Below are positions 11,739-25,740 of a stretch of DNA of 64,000 nt, piece after piece; the stretch's first letter is position 1, and the number at the start of each line of letters is the position of its first letter. The notes beneath the pieces were generated by a model, which was not told the origin of the DNA, did no database searches, and was given only the letters and a program-made list of their open reading frames with translations. Position numbers and translations under genes: made by a program. Location: positions 5,367,741 to 5,431,740 of the forward strand of contig MU058636.1 in the NCBI GenBank assembly GCA_013265495.1. The letters run 5' to 3'. The DNA comes from Vicugna vicugna. Lineage: Eukaryota.

Positions 11739-11810
11739 CCTCGTATAACTGAGCGTACTGCGGGAACCCGGCGGCACGCAGCCAGTCGCATGCCTCCTTC
11801 GCCTCGATTT
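11739..11810 (-). CDS. STARD13: STARD13 SAM-domain exon, 72 nt, phase 1-1: (E)IEAKEACDWLRAAGFPQYAQLYE(D)
   Basis: Acceptor tttcttgtctgtttcag|AAATCGAGG and donor TACGAGG|gtaggt. The translation matches the DLC-family SAM N-terminal half. All alternative first exons would splice to this acceptor. Confidence 0.97.
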
Positions 11811-14800
11811 CTGAAACAGACAAGAAAGGGAAATGCATGAGTCCAATGGCCGCCCACCGGGCCTCTACCTCCTCAATCAATGAGAAGCTGGTGCGCACTG
11901 CACAGGTTATTACAAAGCAAAATCGTCCTCCCCTAAGTCCATGTAAGTAGGCCTGCCCAGAAACGGGTGTAAAATGAGCAGGTATCACAAAGCTACTAGT
12001 TACGTGTCTGCTAAGATAGTCTTCTACGTCGATCCATGAGTATTTGGATAATAACAAAACCACAGATTACAGAACACAAAGGCAGAGTTTCAGGCAGGGA
12101 AAAATGTCTCATTTATACACAGGGGACCAGGGGACTAGGGAGAAGGAGGAAATACTTGTGATTTTTTTAAATAAAATTTTTTAAGCCTTCAAAGATAAAG
12201 CTAAGACTATGTATTCTACATTCCTTTATTCTTTCACTCTTGGGATAATGAAAGGACGAATATCTGGGCAGACTGTGAAAATTCTACTTTCTCATGAAGA
12301 AAGAAAACTCTTCCATTATTACAAAAATCCAATGTTTTATTTTTTCTTTAATTTTACTAATGGCTTTAATTCCAAAGGCCTTCTAATAAGATGTTCATTC
12401 GCCAAGCACATTGGAATGATTTCAGGATGCAGTGTGCAGCATGGAAGAGTAAAGGTGATTATCTGAAACTGAGATACGTGTTTGATGTGACTGCCAGAAT
12501 CTCAGAAGGCCAGACCCAAGAGGTTGATGTGTCCTTCAGGTGACCATTTTTGGTGTGGACACACCAAGAGTGCATGGGACCACCTGCTTGGAGAAGCCGT
12601 GGAGGAAGACGGGGGCAGTCTACAGTATGTGAACCAGGTCAGTTTTTGACCTTGTGAATCCTGGATCACTTCCCAACCACAATTCTGTTAGATAAATACA
12701 CATGCAAGGGAAAAGAAGTTCATCTGTCAAAAGTTCAGTTTCTCCAAACAGAGTGAAACAGCCGATTATAACAGGTCTCTACCCAGGCCCCTTCCTCTGC
12801 TGGTGGGAGGGAGCCCGGTCAGGTCACTGTATTTCCATTTATTCTGACGTTCATTTTTCTCTGTAGCCAACATCAGAGAGTACAGGGTGTTCTTGGAATC
12901 ACTGCACAAAAATGATCCACGCTAACATCAGCTGTGGGCCAAAGACTGCAATCTACGTGGAAAGCTCAGTGTCTGTGCAACATAATGTTCAATGTGACAG
13001 AGCCACCTGGTCTACGGTAGGAAAACAGACCAAAGGCCAGACCATCACACAGGCTCCAAAGGGAAGAGCAAAAGCCTACAGCTCGTCCCACTGATGTGGT
13101 TGGATACGGGTTGAGATCCAGGCACCCAGAGCCTGTGGGGGCCCCTGTCCCAGAGTCCCTGCTTCTTCTGGCATCTCCTCATCCACCGTCACTCCGGAGA
13201 CGGACAATTTCTAAATCTTGAGTTTTTTTCTCTGACGTGAGGGTTTTTTACATAATTGCTATCAGCACAGACCTGACAGGTACACATTCCTGCCTTGTAC
13301 GCATCATTCAGAAAGATCTGGGGCACCGAGCTGGAAATAAAAGCCTTGGAAAGCATTTCTATGAGGAGGGGTGAGTGAAGTGCAGTTTCAAAATGAATTG
13401 GCTGGATTGTACTGAACTGGCCAACTTGGGCTTTCCCTTTGGAAGGTACAAAGGGAAATTATTGTAATGTCTCAAAAGTTGTACTTAGCACTCATTTGAG
13501 AGTCCTGATGTGAAGGCTTCCATTTTGATAACTGTGCAATCATTTTAGGGAAGTAGGAAATGCACATGCTGACTGTCACGTGGAGGAAACGTGGTGTGTT
13601 ACTCCCGAGTCAGAGACAGGCTGTTACCTTCTAAACTTTCAAGCTTCAGATTTGCTTCTACTTCAATATAATACAGTGGCTAGTGATGAGAAAATATGTA
13701 ATTTCTAGACATGTTCTAAACAGTTAAGAGTCAGCAAGTCTTAGAGAGCAGCATAGAATTCTGTCACACGAATGACATGAATAGTATGCATCTTCCCTTT
13801 TCTGATTACTTTGACTATTACTGAAATGTGGCATCAAGCAGGAGAGCCCGAGAGAGACAGCATGAAGAACACAGTGTGGAAGGCAGGCGCTCTGCCACAC
13901 AGGAAGCTCAGAGGAGAGCAGGATGAGAGCTTGTGAAAGGGCGTCTGCTCCACCAGATACTGGGCTAAGAAGGACAGGTGGGCGCAGGGGTCGTTACAGA
14001 AAGACTCCTTTTGGAAGTAAGACTCTGGTTGCTCAGTGGAATAGGGAGATTTTATTTAAAAAGCTCTCTAGGTAACTTAGTTTTGTTTTTTTCATAAGAG
14101 CAACACAGATAATGAACTGAAACTCTACCTGTACATAAACATAAATAATCAAATCTTAAGTAGAACCCTGCTAACTCAACCTTCAGACAAGCTGATTTTT
14201 TTAGAATGGGTAGGCATTTTAAGTCTCTGAGGCAAAAGACAACAAGAACTGCGATTAGTCGATAATAAATGAGAAGAAGCCACATCACAGTCACGGTGGA
14301 CAGTTTCCTGCCATCACTCCCCACACCCAGCTCGCTTTCTGTTTCTGAAATGTCTCCCAAACACATTCCCCCTCCTCTTCATATCTCAATTTAAGGGCAA
14401 AATGAACTTTTTTTTTTAACCACTTAGTGACAAAGTAAACAAACTAATGGAGCGTAATTAACTACTATCAAATTTGACTTTGCCATCAAATTAAGTTGGA
14501 GAGAAAATGAGCCTTACAATTTCTCCTGACCTTTTTCCACAGCCCCTACTAACACCTATCAGTCAAATGCTAACATTTTCCTCAAGGCGTATTACCCATG
14601 CGCTGGCCAAATGACTAGAGAATTTAGAAGGAATCATTATTGCCAGTGTCATCATTTCACAAAGGATCTACCTAATGAGATTTAAGTGACATCTGAGGAG
14701 AGAGTGAAAATCTCTTCTTCACTGAGCTTTTTGCTAGCCAGCACAAAGTGACGTAAAAGCTTTAAGGGCCATTCAAATCACATGTCGACACTTCTGTTTA

Positions 14801-17534
14801 TTCTCCATTTGCAGCCTATGCCTGGCCCTGCAGCAGCTCCAGGGCTACAGGGCGAAGCAGCCACCTTCTCCAGCAAATCTGCGGGTGGGGAGGGACCAGA
14901 CAATGCCCTTGGCAGACTGGCCTACTGATCTCTACCGTGGTTATCGAATCACGTTACTGGAGAGAACTCAATCTGTTTGGCTCCAGAACATGACAGGTTT
15001 TCAGCAGAACTTTTGTAATCTGATCTTTAAGAGCACTCCACTCCCCTAAGTTCAAGGAGACCAAAGAACTTTGGGATCTTAAGTCAACAGTTGTCTGGGG
15101 GCTGAAATCAACTGGATGAAAAGGGAACTATCCAGTTTTTCAACTGGCAGCTTGACCTGCGTGAAACCAAGCAAATCTTTTCACTCAATAAATCCAGAAG
15201 ATGGTTTGGTGTTCGATATGCTCTCATCACATATTTGTGATTCTACTTGAGGGACAGTCACTCGCTTTGCCTCAATTGCCTTTCCTCCATGTTCAGAATG
15301 TGGTAGGACCTCTGTCCAGAGACAGACCCAGCAGAGGGAGGCTGTCTCACTGGGTAACCGAGCTGCTGCACATCAGTGGGCACGAGAACAGAGCCACTGT
15401 GGAAACTGACTGTCGTCTGTGACACTGGCTTTAAAAAGTATTATCATGTTTCTTAATTATACATACTCAGTGTTAAAAAGTTATAAAAATTCAGAAAGGC
15501 ATAATGAAAGAAAAAAACCAACCCTTGTCCCATTACTAACACATAATTCAATACATGTTATTTGTCAAAATGAGAATCATGGTAATCCCTTTGGTTGATT
15601 ACTTTTGCATCTAATAAAATACACTGTGAGTATTTTCCCATATCAAGGTATGGACAGTAAAAATAGGAAATTTACTTTATTTTGAGAATAATGCTTTTTA
15701 AAAAAAATTACCTGATTTTTGAATACTGCCATACTGGGGTGACAACATCAAGGTAGCCAAGAGGAAACAGTTTAGGTGGTCTCGGTCACCACAGTCTGCT
15801 TGTGGGCAAGGCTGGAAGTATATGTGAGTTAAAAGAGATTTACAAGCTGTTTCTTCAAGGACGTACCATGTAGTGATGTTTCTACAGTCGGATGGACAAG
15901 GCTCTGAGTGCCTCAGTCAAGTAAGGAGGCAGGGGGAGCGCAGCACATTTGCCGCCCAGGTCTGCAGGCCTACCTTCATGTTACAAATTCATTGAATTTT
16001 TAAACTGGTGTTTCTAGAGTACTTGGAACAGTGTGTTCTCCTAGCTAAGCATTTCAAGTACATTTTGGTTTACCTTATTCTTGGCACAGCAAATACTTTT
16101 TTCCACAGTTAACCCAAGGGGATACTATTCTTTCTAAATGACCAAAACTTCAAATTAGGGCCAAATTAAATGTTATTATCATCAGAAAATTAGCTGGCTA
16201 GAAGAAACCAGGTTTACCGTGGGAAGTTTAAGGCATATGTATTTATGTTGTTCTTACAAATCTCCTAGAATTTTGATGGACAAACTGGCTCCAATTTAAG
16301 CAGGTCTTCTTCCTTGAATGTTCATTAAAAGTACTCAAGAGAAGTAAGAGAAAAAGACATCATGGCTCTCCATGTGACTCAGAAATGCAGGCTTGAGAAC
16401 AGTGTTTTGTTTTTGCATTTAAACTGGCTGACATGGTGGGTACCCTGCTTCTGGAAGATTATGGGTGACTCAACCACCTCAGGATGTCTGCAATGGATGC
16501 AATTATCACCATTAAAGTAGATCCAAGGTATTAACGTTTCGACAGGCACATGGTTGTTGGCTTAGGATGGTTTATACGGCTGAGTTAGCTTCACTATTAA
16601 CGAACTTCTTCAGACAAACGATTCCTTTGTCTTCAGATGGAATTTCTCAAGTGAAGCCCCTATTTACCAAAGCTGTGTTTATTTGGCCATACACTAGGCC
16701 AGATTTGTTAAAACCAATGCCAGAGTATCCATTGCACCCATATATGGACACGAATGATGTGAGCATTAATAGTATACAGGACCATGCACCCCTCCCCCAG
16801 GAGGACTTTGTAACCCTAATCACAGGTTCAGGAGGGAACGTCAAGTTTTGCAGTAACAACAGGCTTTGATTTAGACCCCATGTCATGGCAGCAGGATACA
16901 TCTTTTTGCTTCTTTGAGTTACATAATATATTTATTGTAATGTGCAAAAGGTCTGAATAAGTCTTAAATGTATACCAAATATAATTCTTTGCTAATCTGC
17001 ATAATATTTTCTCTCCATGATATTCTAAGTTACTAACAGAGTCAAAGTACAGGTTATTCAGAATAAATTTAAGATGATTAATCTCTAAATATTCGTATCA
17101 GTGAACCAAGTGATAAACACACATTTTATCTCTCCATTACTTAAGGCAACTGTTTCTTTGATGTGTAGAAAAATACCTTGCAGTCAGCTAACACGTACCT
17201 ATAAAAGAAAGAAACCAGGTAGATGTGAACAGCCCCAGGACACCTAGCTGTACTCAGTCAGGATGGAGATTCACGGCTGTGCTCATGTGTGCCTTCTTCC
17301 TGAAAGCGGGAGTTTCAGGCATACAGAGACACACGATTTCATCACCAGTCCTTAACACCAGCCTCATTCTCAGGGGCTGTGAGGTATCTTCTGCGAGCTG
17401 GTTTCATAGCAAATCTAGCCACTTAAAAGTAATTTCTGTTAGAGTGAAAAAGAATAAGGCAAATTCCATATCTAAGCAGTAGGTCTAGTCTTCATTACTC
17501 AAGGATTGTTTTTAACACTCTTTTTCAGGAAATC

Positions 17535-17705
17535 ATATTATATATGTCTATATCATTTATTAAGTATTATTAATTTGTTTTATATAATTATAAATTAAAA
17601 ATATATTTATGTATTTAATATAAATTATACATAAATTTTATATAATTATAAATTTAAAATTCTAAGTGAAAATGATATATTTCGTATAATTATAAATTTA
17701 TAATG
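17535..17705. repeat. AT-rich low-complexity tract
   Basis: Almost pure A/T with repeated tataattataaatt motifs. Confidence 0.8.
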
Positions 17706-17734
17706 AAAACACACACATGCACGCACAATCTTAT

Positions 17735-18136
17735 ATGTTCCCGATGAGTCCCTGCTCTTTCCCGCTGCCATGTAACTTGCAGTTCTCCTCCACCTGGAAA
17801 GCATGTACTTCCCATCCCACTGATGTCCGGCTTGGCCATGTGACCCACACTGGCCAATGAAATGTGGGCAGAAGTATGTGAGTTTGAAGCAAAACTCTTC
17901 AAGAGCCATCACTTGTTCTGCCAGCTCTCCTACTCTTCTCTTTACTATGAGGCCAGCATGTCTCCGACAGGCTATCCCTTCAGCCTGGGTCCCGGATGAC
18001 AACAGGGAACAAAGCCACAGCAGAGCAACTGCCGACATGTAATGTGAGCAAGAAATTAACTTCTATTGCTTTATGCCACTACAACTTGGGGGACGGCTTG
18101 TTACAGTGGCATAGTCTAGCATGAGCTCATTTAACA
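17735..18136 (+). mobile_element. MaLR solo LTR (MLT1 family, MLT1J-like)
   Basis: ttggccatgtgacc...tggccaatgaaatgtgggcagaagt...cagcctgggtccc...acatgtaatgtgagcaagaaattaacttc...ttgttacagtggcatag...aca. Confidence 0.85.
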
Positions 18137-21100
18137 TAGCTGCCAGCTGTTCCTTTTACAGATGAAGCACACGGGCGCGCTATGGACTTTTACTTCAACT
18201 TGACGCTGTCCCCTGTCAGAAGGGAATACACTCAGTCTCTATAATCATGTCTACTTGGAATTCTGCTTCCTGCCTACCCGACCTGGCTTGGATGCAATTT
18301 AAAAATGTAAATGATTCTTTCACACTCCTCTGTCACATGCATCCACGTGTATCCATGCATGTGTGTGCACAACCACTGCAAACACACACACACTTTTTCT
18401 CACATACACATACAAATTTACACCACAAAAAATCAAAAGTTCAGCTGCCACTGAACAAGGAACATCTTCAGGAATATAAATACTATTCTCCATGCCCATA
18501 TTCCCAGGAGTATGAAAAAAAGAAGAAAATAGACAATTTCCCCACCAATCTCAAAGGAAAAGCAGAAAATCTACGCTCCACTAGCCAAATAGTTTCTGCC
18601 CAGATTGTTTTGACTCAGGTTTTCCATGAGGCAGGGTAGCTCTCTATTCTCTTCTTTCATTTGGTACAGACTGTTCCCGTCAGGGGCTTGTGGTATTTCT
18701 CGGGGAGGCTGTGTGCATACACAAGCAGATGAACATCCCCGGCTCTGCGAGGCTGTGGAGCCACTGCCTACCACTGAATCCCAAGAGGTTCTTCGAGATG
18801 GAGTCAGTTATGCAACTGAAATGCAAGGTAGGGGAACTGAGAGTTGATTCACACAATCAGAAAGAGGGTTGTCATTTGCAGGCCTTGGCCAAAGTACCTC
18901 CATGTTGATGCACCAGGAGAACAGAATCTTGAGTAACCTCTCTTGGGAAAAGGGAGTGAGATTCTGGAGATGGACTCTCTCTCTCTCTTACTTGGCTTCT
19001 TTGGCTTCTCTTGGAAAGGTGGAGAGTAAAAGTCTACAGTGGCTGACATGCTGTTGGCTCTCCGGAGCAGAAGCTCTAACTTCCACAAGGTCGGCCACAC
19101 TGCCAGTGTCAGAAGGGCCCCCATGTATTCATTGTCATGCTCATGACTTCTTGTCCCGGGACAAGCAACTGCTTCGGACAAGTGCCACTACCACTAGGAA
19201 GTCAGTTTTCTTGGCTTTGGACAGGTATCCTTCTATCCTACACTGCTTTAAGACTTATTCTTTAAATGTTAAAATTATTCACGTCTTTAGGGAATACAAC
19301 CCTTCCTATATCTATTCTCAGGCATATGTGAATGTCTAGACATATAAAGGCTTGTCTGCTATTTCAGCTGCTTAGCCCAACTCTGTTAGAACTGTGGGTA
19401 CTTCCATCGCACCAGAAGCTTTCATGATATCGGGGAAGACTGTACCACGCAGGCATCAGAAGGAGCACAGATGTGCCTGGATGAAATAACTGTAAGAATC
19501 CTACAGACTCTTTTCAACTCTTTCACTCCTCATGGGGCTGGCGTGGCAAGCTGCGACATCACCAGAGCTTCTGACTCCCAATTCAAGGCTTTATGCATTT
19601 AACTTCTTAGCAACTATAATACCAGGATCAATCAAAACTAGTGTTTGTTTAATTTAATCCCAAGAAGATATGTGCACAACTCAAGTGTAATTTTTATCAT
19701 CTGACTCTGTATAGAAACTTGACGATGTATGTATGTGTTTTATTTTAAAATATTTACTGAGAAATATTTATTCGGATAAGATATTTACTGAGAATTTTTC
19801 AACGTGTCTGCCATTTTTCTGGAATGCTTTCTACTTGTCTGCAGTGGTACTGGTGCTGTGAAGGATTTTCTAAACATATATTACTCATCCCGGAAAATTA
19901 GAATCAGATTCAAGAAATTAAGTTTTTATTAGGTTTTCAGCCATGGATTCATTTTTCTCCATGTCCTTCAAGGCCAAAGAGACTGTTGAGTTTAGAGGTT
20001 CACTCTCTAAATACAGGGATTTTCATTTTGCAAATCATTAATAGACACTGACATTATATATCCCCTACAGAAACCAATTTAAAAAGAGCACAGGTACTTG
20101 GAATAGCTTTAACTGATTCAGGGCGGGGGGAGGTTAAGCTCCTAACTGAAGGAGTGAGAAACAGCTTGTATGCTGGAACACTCCCCCCCCCTTCTCATCA
20201 GACACAGTACTGCATCACAGATTTGGGTCTCACTATGGTCTTACTACACGCCCTACTGGTATTACAGTCAACCGAAGCATCCCATAAATACACCGTGAAT
20301 GCAATCACATAGGTTTACAAAATTATATACACTATAAACAAGTTTAAAACGTGATGCAAGTTTATAGTTTGATTTGTACAGCAGATAACTTCTTATTTTA
20401 AAGAGTTCTTTGGGTCTTGATTATTATTGTCACAAAATCTTAACTGGGTCTCTTCAAATTTTAAGAACACAGTATGAAATGGCAGAAGTTTGTGTTATGT
20501 AAACACACAACTACTCTAAATGAGGGTCCAGGCAACTCTACCTTACAAAACATAGACGTAATTTAATTACCTAACCAGTTGTGAGCATGTAACAATTTTC
20601 ATTAACGCAGTCACCATGATGGTCTTGACTAATATGCTTACTCAGTTACTCACTGAACTCAGGCATAAAGGAATTATTTCCCCTAAGAACAGAGTTGAAA
20701 AAGAGATGAAAGGAACTTAAAATTCCCTCTTAAATCGAACAGAAGAGTAGCAAAGTCTAAACCTAAGATGTGGAATCCTCGAAAGAAAGAAGGAAAAAAG
20801 AAAGAAAGGTTGCTATAATTCTGCCATCTAGAGATCTACTAACATTTTGCTGGCATATATGTAATCTGTTATTCTTTTATTATGAAGATGTGTACATGTA
20901 TCGAGGCTAATATACTATTTTACATAATCTTTAAACAAAATTATAGTCTTCTTTTTCACTTGGCATGCACTTTGAACCTCTTTCCATGCCAACAGATGTT
21001 CTTCTCAAACATTCTGCTTGGCTGAATAACATTCCTATTGCCATGACTTTAAAAAGCATCTTCCTTTATCAGTTTAGGCTTCCATAATTACAGGTTAAAA

Positions 21101-22019
21101 ATAATAAACCCAGTTCTCTGGAGGCTCTCATTCTAAATAAAGAGTTTAGCCAGAACATGCATCCTGGTAAATGCATTTCAGGGAGTACTACTGGGTTGAT
21201 ACTTCTCATTTTATTTTACATTCTGGATTAAGACACACTTCATATGGTTTTGATTTATATTCTCAGCAGACTTCAAAAAGGAAGTTCCAAGTGGAAGTTT
21301 ATTCATACACCAGAACTATGTTTAAATGATGCTGCGGGGATGTCTTAAACTAACACAAGTCAGGAAGTTCAAAGTTGAGGTTAGATCCTGGACCATGTTC
21401 CCACCTCTTCCTCCTTGGTATTTGGAAAGTGGAGATTTTATGTAACAGCTGTTCTACTTGTCTTTGACCTCCTGCATACGTATTTAGATAATTTCCAAGA
21501 CACATTTCAAAACTTTACATAATAAACTGGTATTTTCTAAAGAGTGTTGCTGCAGTTTCAGAGTTACATTTAAAAAACAAAACAAAACAAACAAACTAGA
21601 CCAAATAAAGAAAAACTCCCCATCTTGTTTTAACAACTAGATGAATATTTGGAGTCTACATGACTCCTAAATTTTGTTAAATAATCAGAAGCAAAACATG
21701 ACCCAAATTTCTAAAATTAGCAAATTTGCCAAGAGTGTATCTGTTTAGAACAAAACAGTTCTATTTTTGTACAGGGTTAATATTATTGATTTAAAGGGGA
21801 GTTCAAAAATACTTTCTAATTTCATTTTGCTCTTAACTAACAGCATATGTATAACTTAAAGATAACAAGTTTCTGCTCTTGTTGAATACCCATAGTTAGT
21901 TTTATGAATTAACTTTTTAAAAAAGAACCTGTCAATTTGTTCCTTTATTTGAGGGCATACGCAGATTAACTGGTAATCAGAGGTAACATGACTTAAAGTG
22001 GTGAGAAGAACTAACTCTT

Positions 22020-22160
22020 ATTACTTTCATGTCCTTGGGTAGGTTAACTTCAGTGTGCCTCAGTTTCCTTATCTATATAATGGGAATAAACAATAATGCC
22101 TACCTCAGAGCATTGTTGTAAGGCTGAAATGAGTTATTGCCTGTGTTTGTTACTATTACT
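22020..22160 (+). mobile_element. MIR SINE
   Basis: gtgcctcagtttccttatctatataatgggaataa...cctacctcagagcattgttgtaagg. Confidence 0.75.
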
Positions 22161-24784
22161 ACAGTGGAGGTGTCTACTGTTACTTTCCCATAGTAGAAAA
22201 TTGTGGTTCTGATGGTCTTGAATTCTCTCCACTCAGCTCTTCTTCATTTGGCCTTCAGTTGCACAAGGCATTCACCTTAATGATTAAGTCAACAGATACC
22301 TGTTGGGTACCCACGATGTGAAAAGCCTGCTGTTAAGCACAGTGGGAGGATGCAGGGCTGTGGGCAGCAGGGTCCTGCCCTGCAGGTCTCTAAGCCCAGC
22401 AGGGAAGACAAAGTCGTGTTCAGACATGGCCATAACCTAAGGGAGCAAAAGCCTTCCAGGGCAGGACAAAGTCCTCCAGGGCTCAGAGCAACAGGGGACA
22501 TTTTGGATCAGGTAATCAGGACCAGCTTAGCAGGTGAGATGAGATTTGAGCCAGAAGATGGTCGGCTAACTGGGCCTGCTGGCAGCAATCCCTGCTCACC
22601 CATGGACTGATTCTGAAGCTGGGATTCCCGTAAAATCAGTGCCTTCCTGGTGTAAGTTCTAATGCTCCTCATCTGCGCCTGTGGGAGGGCTTCAGGCCAA
22701 GTGCCACCTGTCCCCTACATACAGATTCTTCTGACAACAAGAATCTAACAGCCAATTCACTTTTCCATTGTACAGACAATTTTGATATCCTCCTTCTGTT
22801 CAATAACGCTGTATCACAGGAAGTACAGCTCAATGCTGTTCAACAAGATGTAATGAGAATCATAAATGAAATGTGACATTTGAAAGCGGTAGTAAAGGCT
22901 TTTCATCGGCTGCTGCTTTCAGGATACGAACATCAGGTTGGGGAAGACAGTCTTGTGATTATAGTTTACGATGTGCCTACCAGTTAATAGGTAAAATATT
23001 AACAATCACGTGCTTGACATAGGAGGATCTCAAGGGCAAAGATAAGTTTAAACATACCAAACACATCAGAGCCCTGGGAAAGACATCTGTAGCAGACACG
23101 CAGCCTTCATTAAGGGAACTGCCGTCAGAAGATTATTTGTCCATGTTTTGAGAAAAAAACCCTGAACTAATGAGTAAACCTTGAGCACGGGACATGGGCT
23201 TGCCGTGGATTAACGACAGGGAGAAGTTGAGGGTTCACGTGGAGCCCAAGGCCACTGACCTCAAGAGGTTGCGGGTCTCCCAGATAGCTTCCTGTCAAGG
23301 TCATTCCCACTATTAAAAGCATCTTAGGTGTGTATTCAGGGATCTGCTTTGTGAGGAGGCAATTGGGAAAGTAGCTCAGATACCATTCAGACACTTCATG
23401 CATTTACATTTAAAAGTGGAGAAATACTTTGCTCTTAATCTTAAAATGATTATAATTAATGTTTCACGACTGCTCAAGTCACACCCAATGGTGAACAAAA
23501 AATTTAGAAAACAGTCCTCTTTGAACCTTTTGTTTTTCCAAAATAAGGAACAGTAAGTACATATTAACACACTAACATACACACAAACATATATTTATGT
23601 AAATATATATATTTTCAATTAAGATGAAGTCTGTCTTCTGTCTTGCTTAGGCCCATGTATGAACTACAGCTTTTTAACCCAGAGTGTTTAGAAGGAGCTC
23701 AGGCCCGAGAGTGTCTCTGCATGCAAATATTACTACACAGGTGCTTTACTTGCTAAGGCGACCTAGTTTCATCAAGTTCTCTGATTCACTTATTCTGCCC
23801 CTCAGGTACTCACATTTAGCCCAAGAAAGAAAAGTTGATGCACCTTGGAGGCTTAAAAGAGGGCCAGCTTTTTCCTGCTTTGTTCCCTGCGGGCAATCAG
23901 TTTTTACTTTTGGAATTTGGAGAGAGAATTTCTCTCTCTCTGTCACACACACACACCCTCACACACAAATGTATATAGTATAGGGTTCTGTAACCCTGTC
24001 ATAGGCAAAACGGCAAGCATCCTTAAATAAGTATGTGAATTTTTATATCCTCTTAAATTATCACATTGCAGGTACACATCTGTTTACCAGACTGGAAAAC
24101 AGATTGCATCTTTGCATGTCCAGTTGTTAGCCCAGAGCTTTGCAAATGAATGTTGACTGAAGAGTGAATGGCTATATTAAGAGGAGCATATTTATAGCTT
24201 TAAATATTCACAGGCCAATAAACACCTAAAACATTTTTCAGATATTCAGGTCCCTCTGAACTCACAGGGCTGCTATAAATATGGGAACATGTACTGCAAA
24301 CACACTTTGCAAACTTGTAAAACCCTGTATGAAAATAAGTTTATGTAACATTATTTTTCGAGCTGCGATTCTGCCTCTAGGAGACATGCTCCCAGACATC
24401 CCTGGGCAACAGTGTCTTTGTAGATCTCAGTGTTGCCTGTGTTTTCTGAAGGGCAGGCCATCTGACACGGTCCCAGCACTGACTGGGAGAGTCATTTCTG
24501 CTGGCTCCAATCCCTTCCCCTCCCCTCTGCATGGAATCCTTGGGAATTCCAAGGCCAGAGATTACGGCAAGATTTAGTCTTGGAAGAATAACAGCCAGAA
24601 AAGATTTTCCTGTTTTCTCACAAAGGAATCACTCTCCCTTTTCAAGATCAACAAACTGATTGGGACACAGTCATTCATACTTGAGAATAACCAGACACAA
24701 CCATAGAAAAAGAATATCATAAGCCTTTCAAATGTTTTGACTACAATCTTTAGTAAGAAATACACTACCTGTAGATGTGAGCAT

Positions 24785-24786
<2 letters not shown>

Positions 24787-24815
<29 letters not shown>
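24787..24815. repeat. (AC)n microsatellite
   Basis: About 14 perfect AC units. Confidence 0.95.
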
Positions 24816-24819
<4 letters not shown>

Positions 24820-25039
24820 CTGAGAAGGGGGTTTACAAAACAATAATTACACTTTATACACATGCAATGCCACCTGACATTTTCTGTTCTGTTCTCTTCT
24901 ATTGAAAACTGCTGGATATACCTGTTAGCTGTATGTCCTAGATGACTTCATGACCCTCAATTTAACGAACACAGCCTGAGATGACACTGTTTTATGAGAA
25001 ACATCTGGTTAAATCAATGAATAGACTGAATCTAGTTCT

Positions 25040-25740
25040 AAGAGTCAGATAGCTGGAGGTCCTCCTAGACTCCTTCCTTCTCCTGAATTCCCTGTTCTCA
25101 CAAACGAATGCCATCCTGCTGAGCTGCTCTCCGAAATGTATTTCTCAATCTCCCATCTGCCCACCTCCACTCTCTCTGCAACAGACTCCTAACAGGTGCC
25201 CCTGCTTTGGTTCTTGCCTTCCTCACCTTTTTTAAGATGCATTCTCCCTAAAACTCCTTCACGCCTCCCTGTCGCCCACAGAACAAAGTACCAGCCCATT
25301 ATCACAGCCCACAGTGCCCTCCCTCCCGGCTTCCGCCTGCTTCCACTTAGGGCCTTGCTGGAACTGCAAGGAGGTCGCCAGCCCCCGGGTGCCGCTTCAC
25401 ATCCCACGCTTGCGCTTGTGCTGTTTCTTCTTCGTCTGTCACATCCCTCCTACTTCTTTTTCTCGTGACTTACTCTCATTTGTCTTCTGTCAAGATTCAG
25501 CTAGGACATCATTTCCTGGATCCCGGGTTGGTTTGTCCTTCTCTGGACTTTCCTACATCTAGTGCAGTCCTTACAACGTTAGACTGAAGTGTTCTTGCTA
25601 CAAGTCTGTCTCCCCATTAGACCACAGCTTACCAAGGGCAGAGGTTGCCTGATCCACTTTGTGCACCTCTAGTGCCTGGCAGAGCATTTGGAACCCGGTG
25701 TGTGTTCAGTGCAAGCATTCTTAAATAAATATGCTGAGTG
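25040..25740 (+). mobile_element. L2 LINE 3' fragment
   Basis: ctggaggtcctcctagactcctt...aacagactcctaacaggt...tctgtctccccattagaccacagct...tagtgcctggcagagc...aataaatatgctgag. Confidence 0.7.

Noticed and set aside
11581..12063. 160-aa ORF containing the SAM motif, as a single-exon gene or extended exon
   Set aside because: Only 11739-11810 is bounded by strong splice sites and matches STARD13. The flanks translate a polypyrimidine tract and intron, and the ORF start is GTG.
16567..16869. 100-aa ATG ORF as a microprotein or processed pseudogene
   Set aside because: No recognisable homology, poly(A) tail, TSD or splice context. The length is within chance expectation.
18869..19339. 156-aa ORF on the + strand
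   Set aside because: No family resemblance, no ATG at the called start, and it runs through a CT microsatellite.
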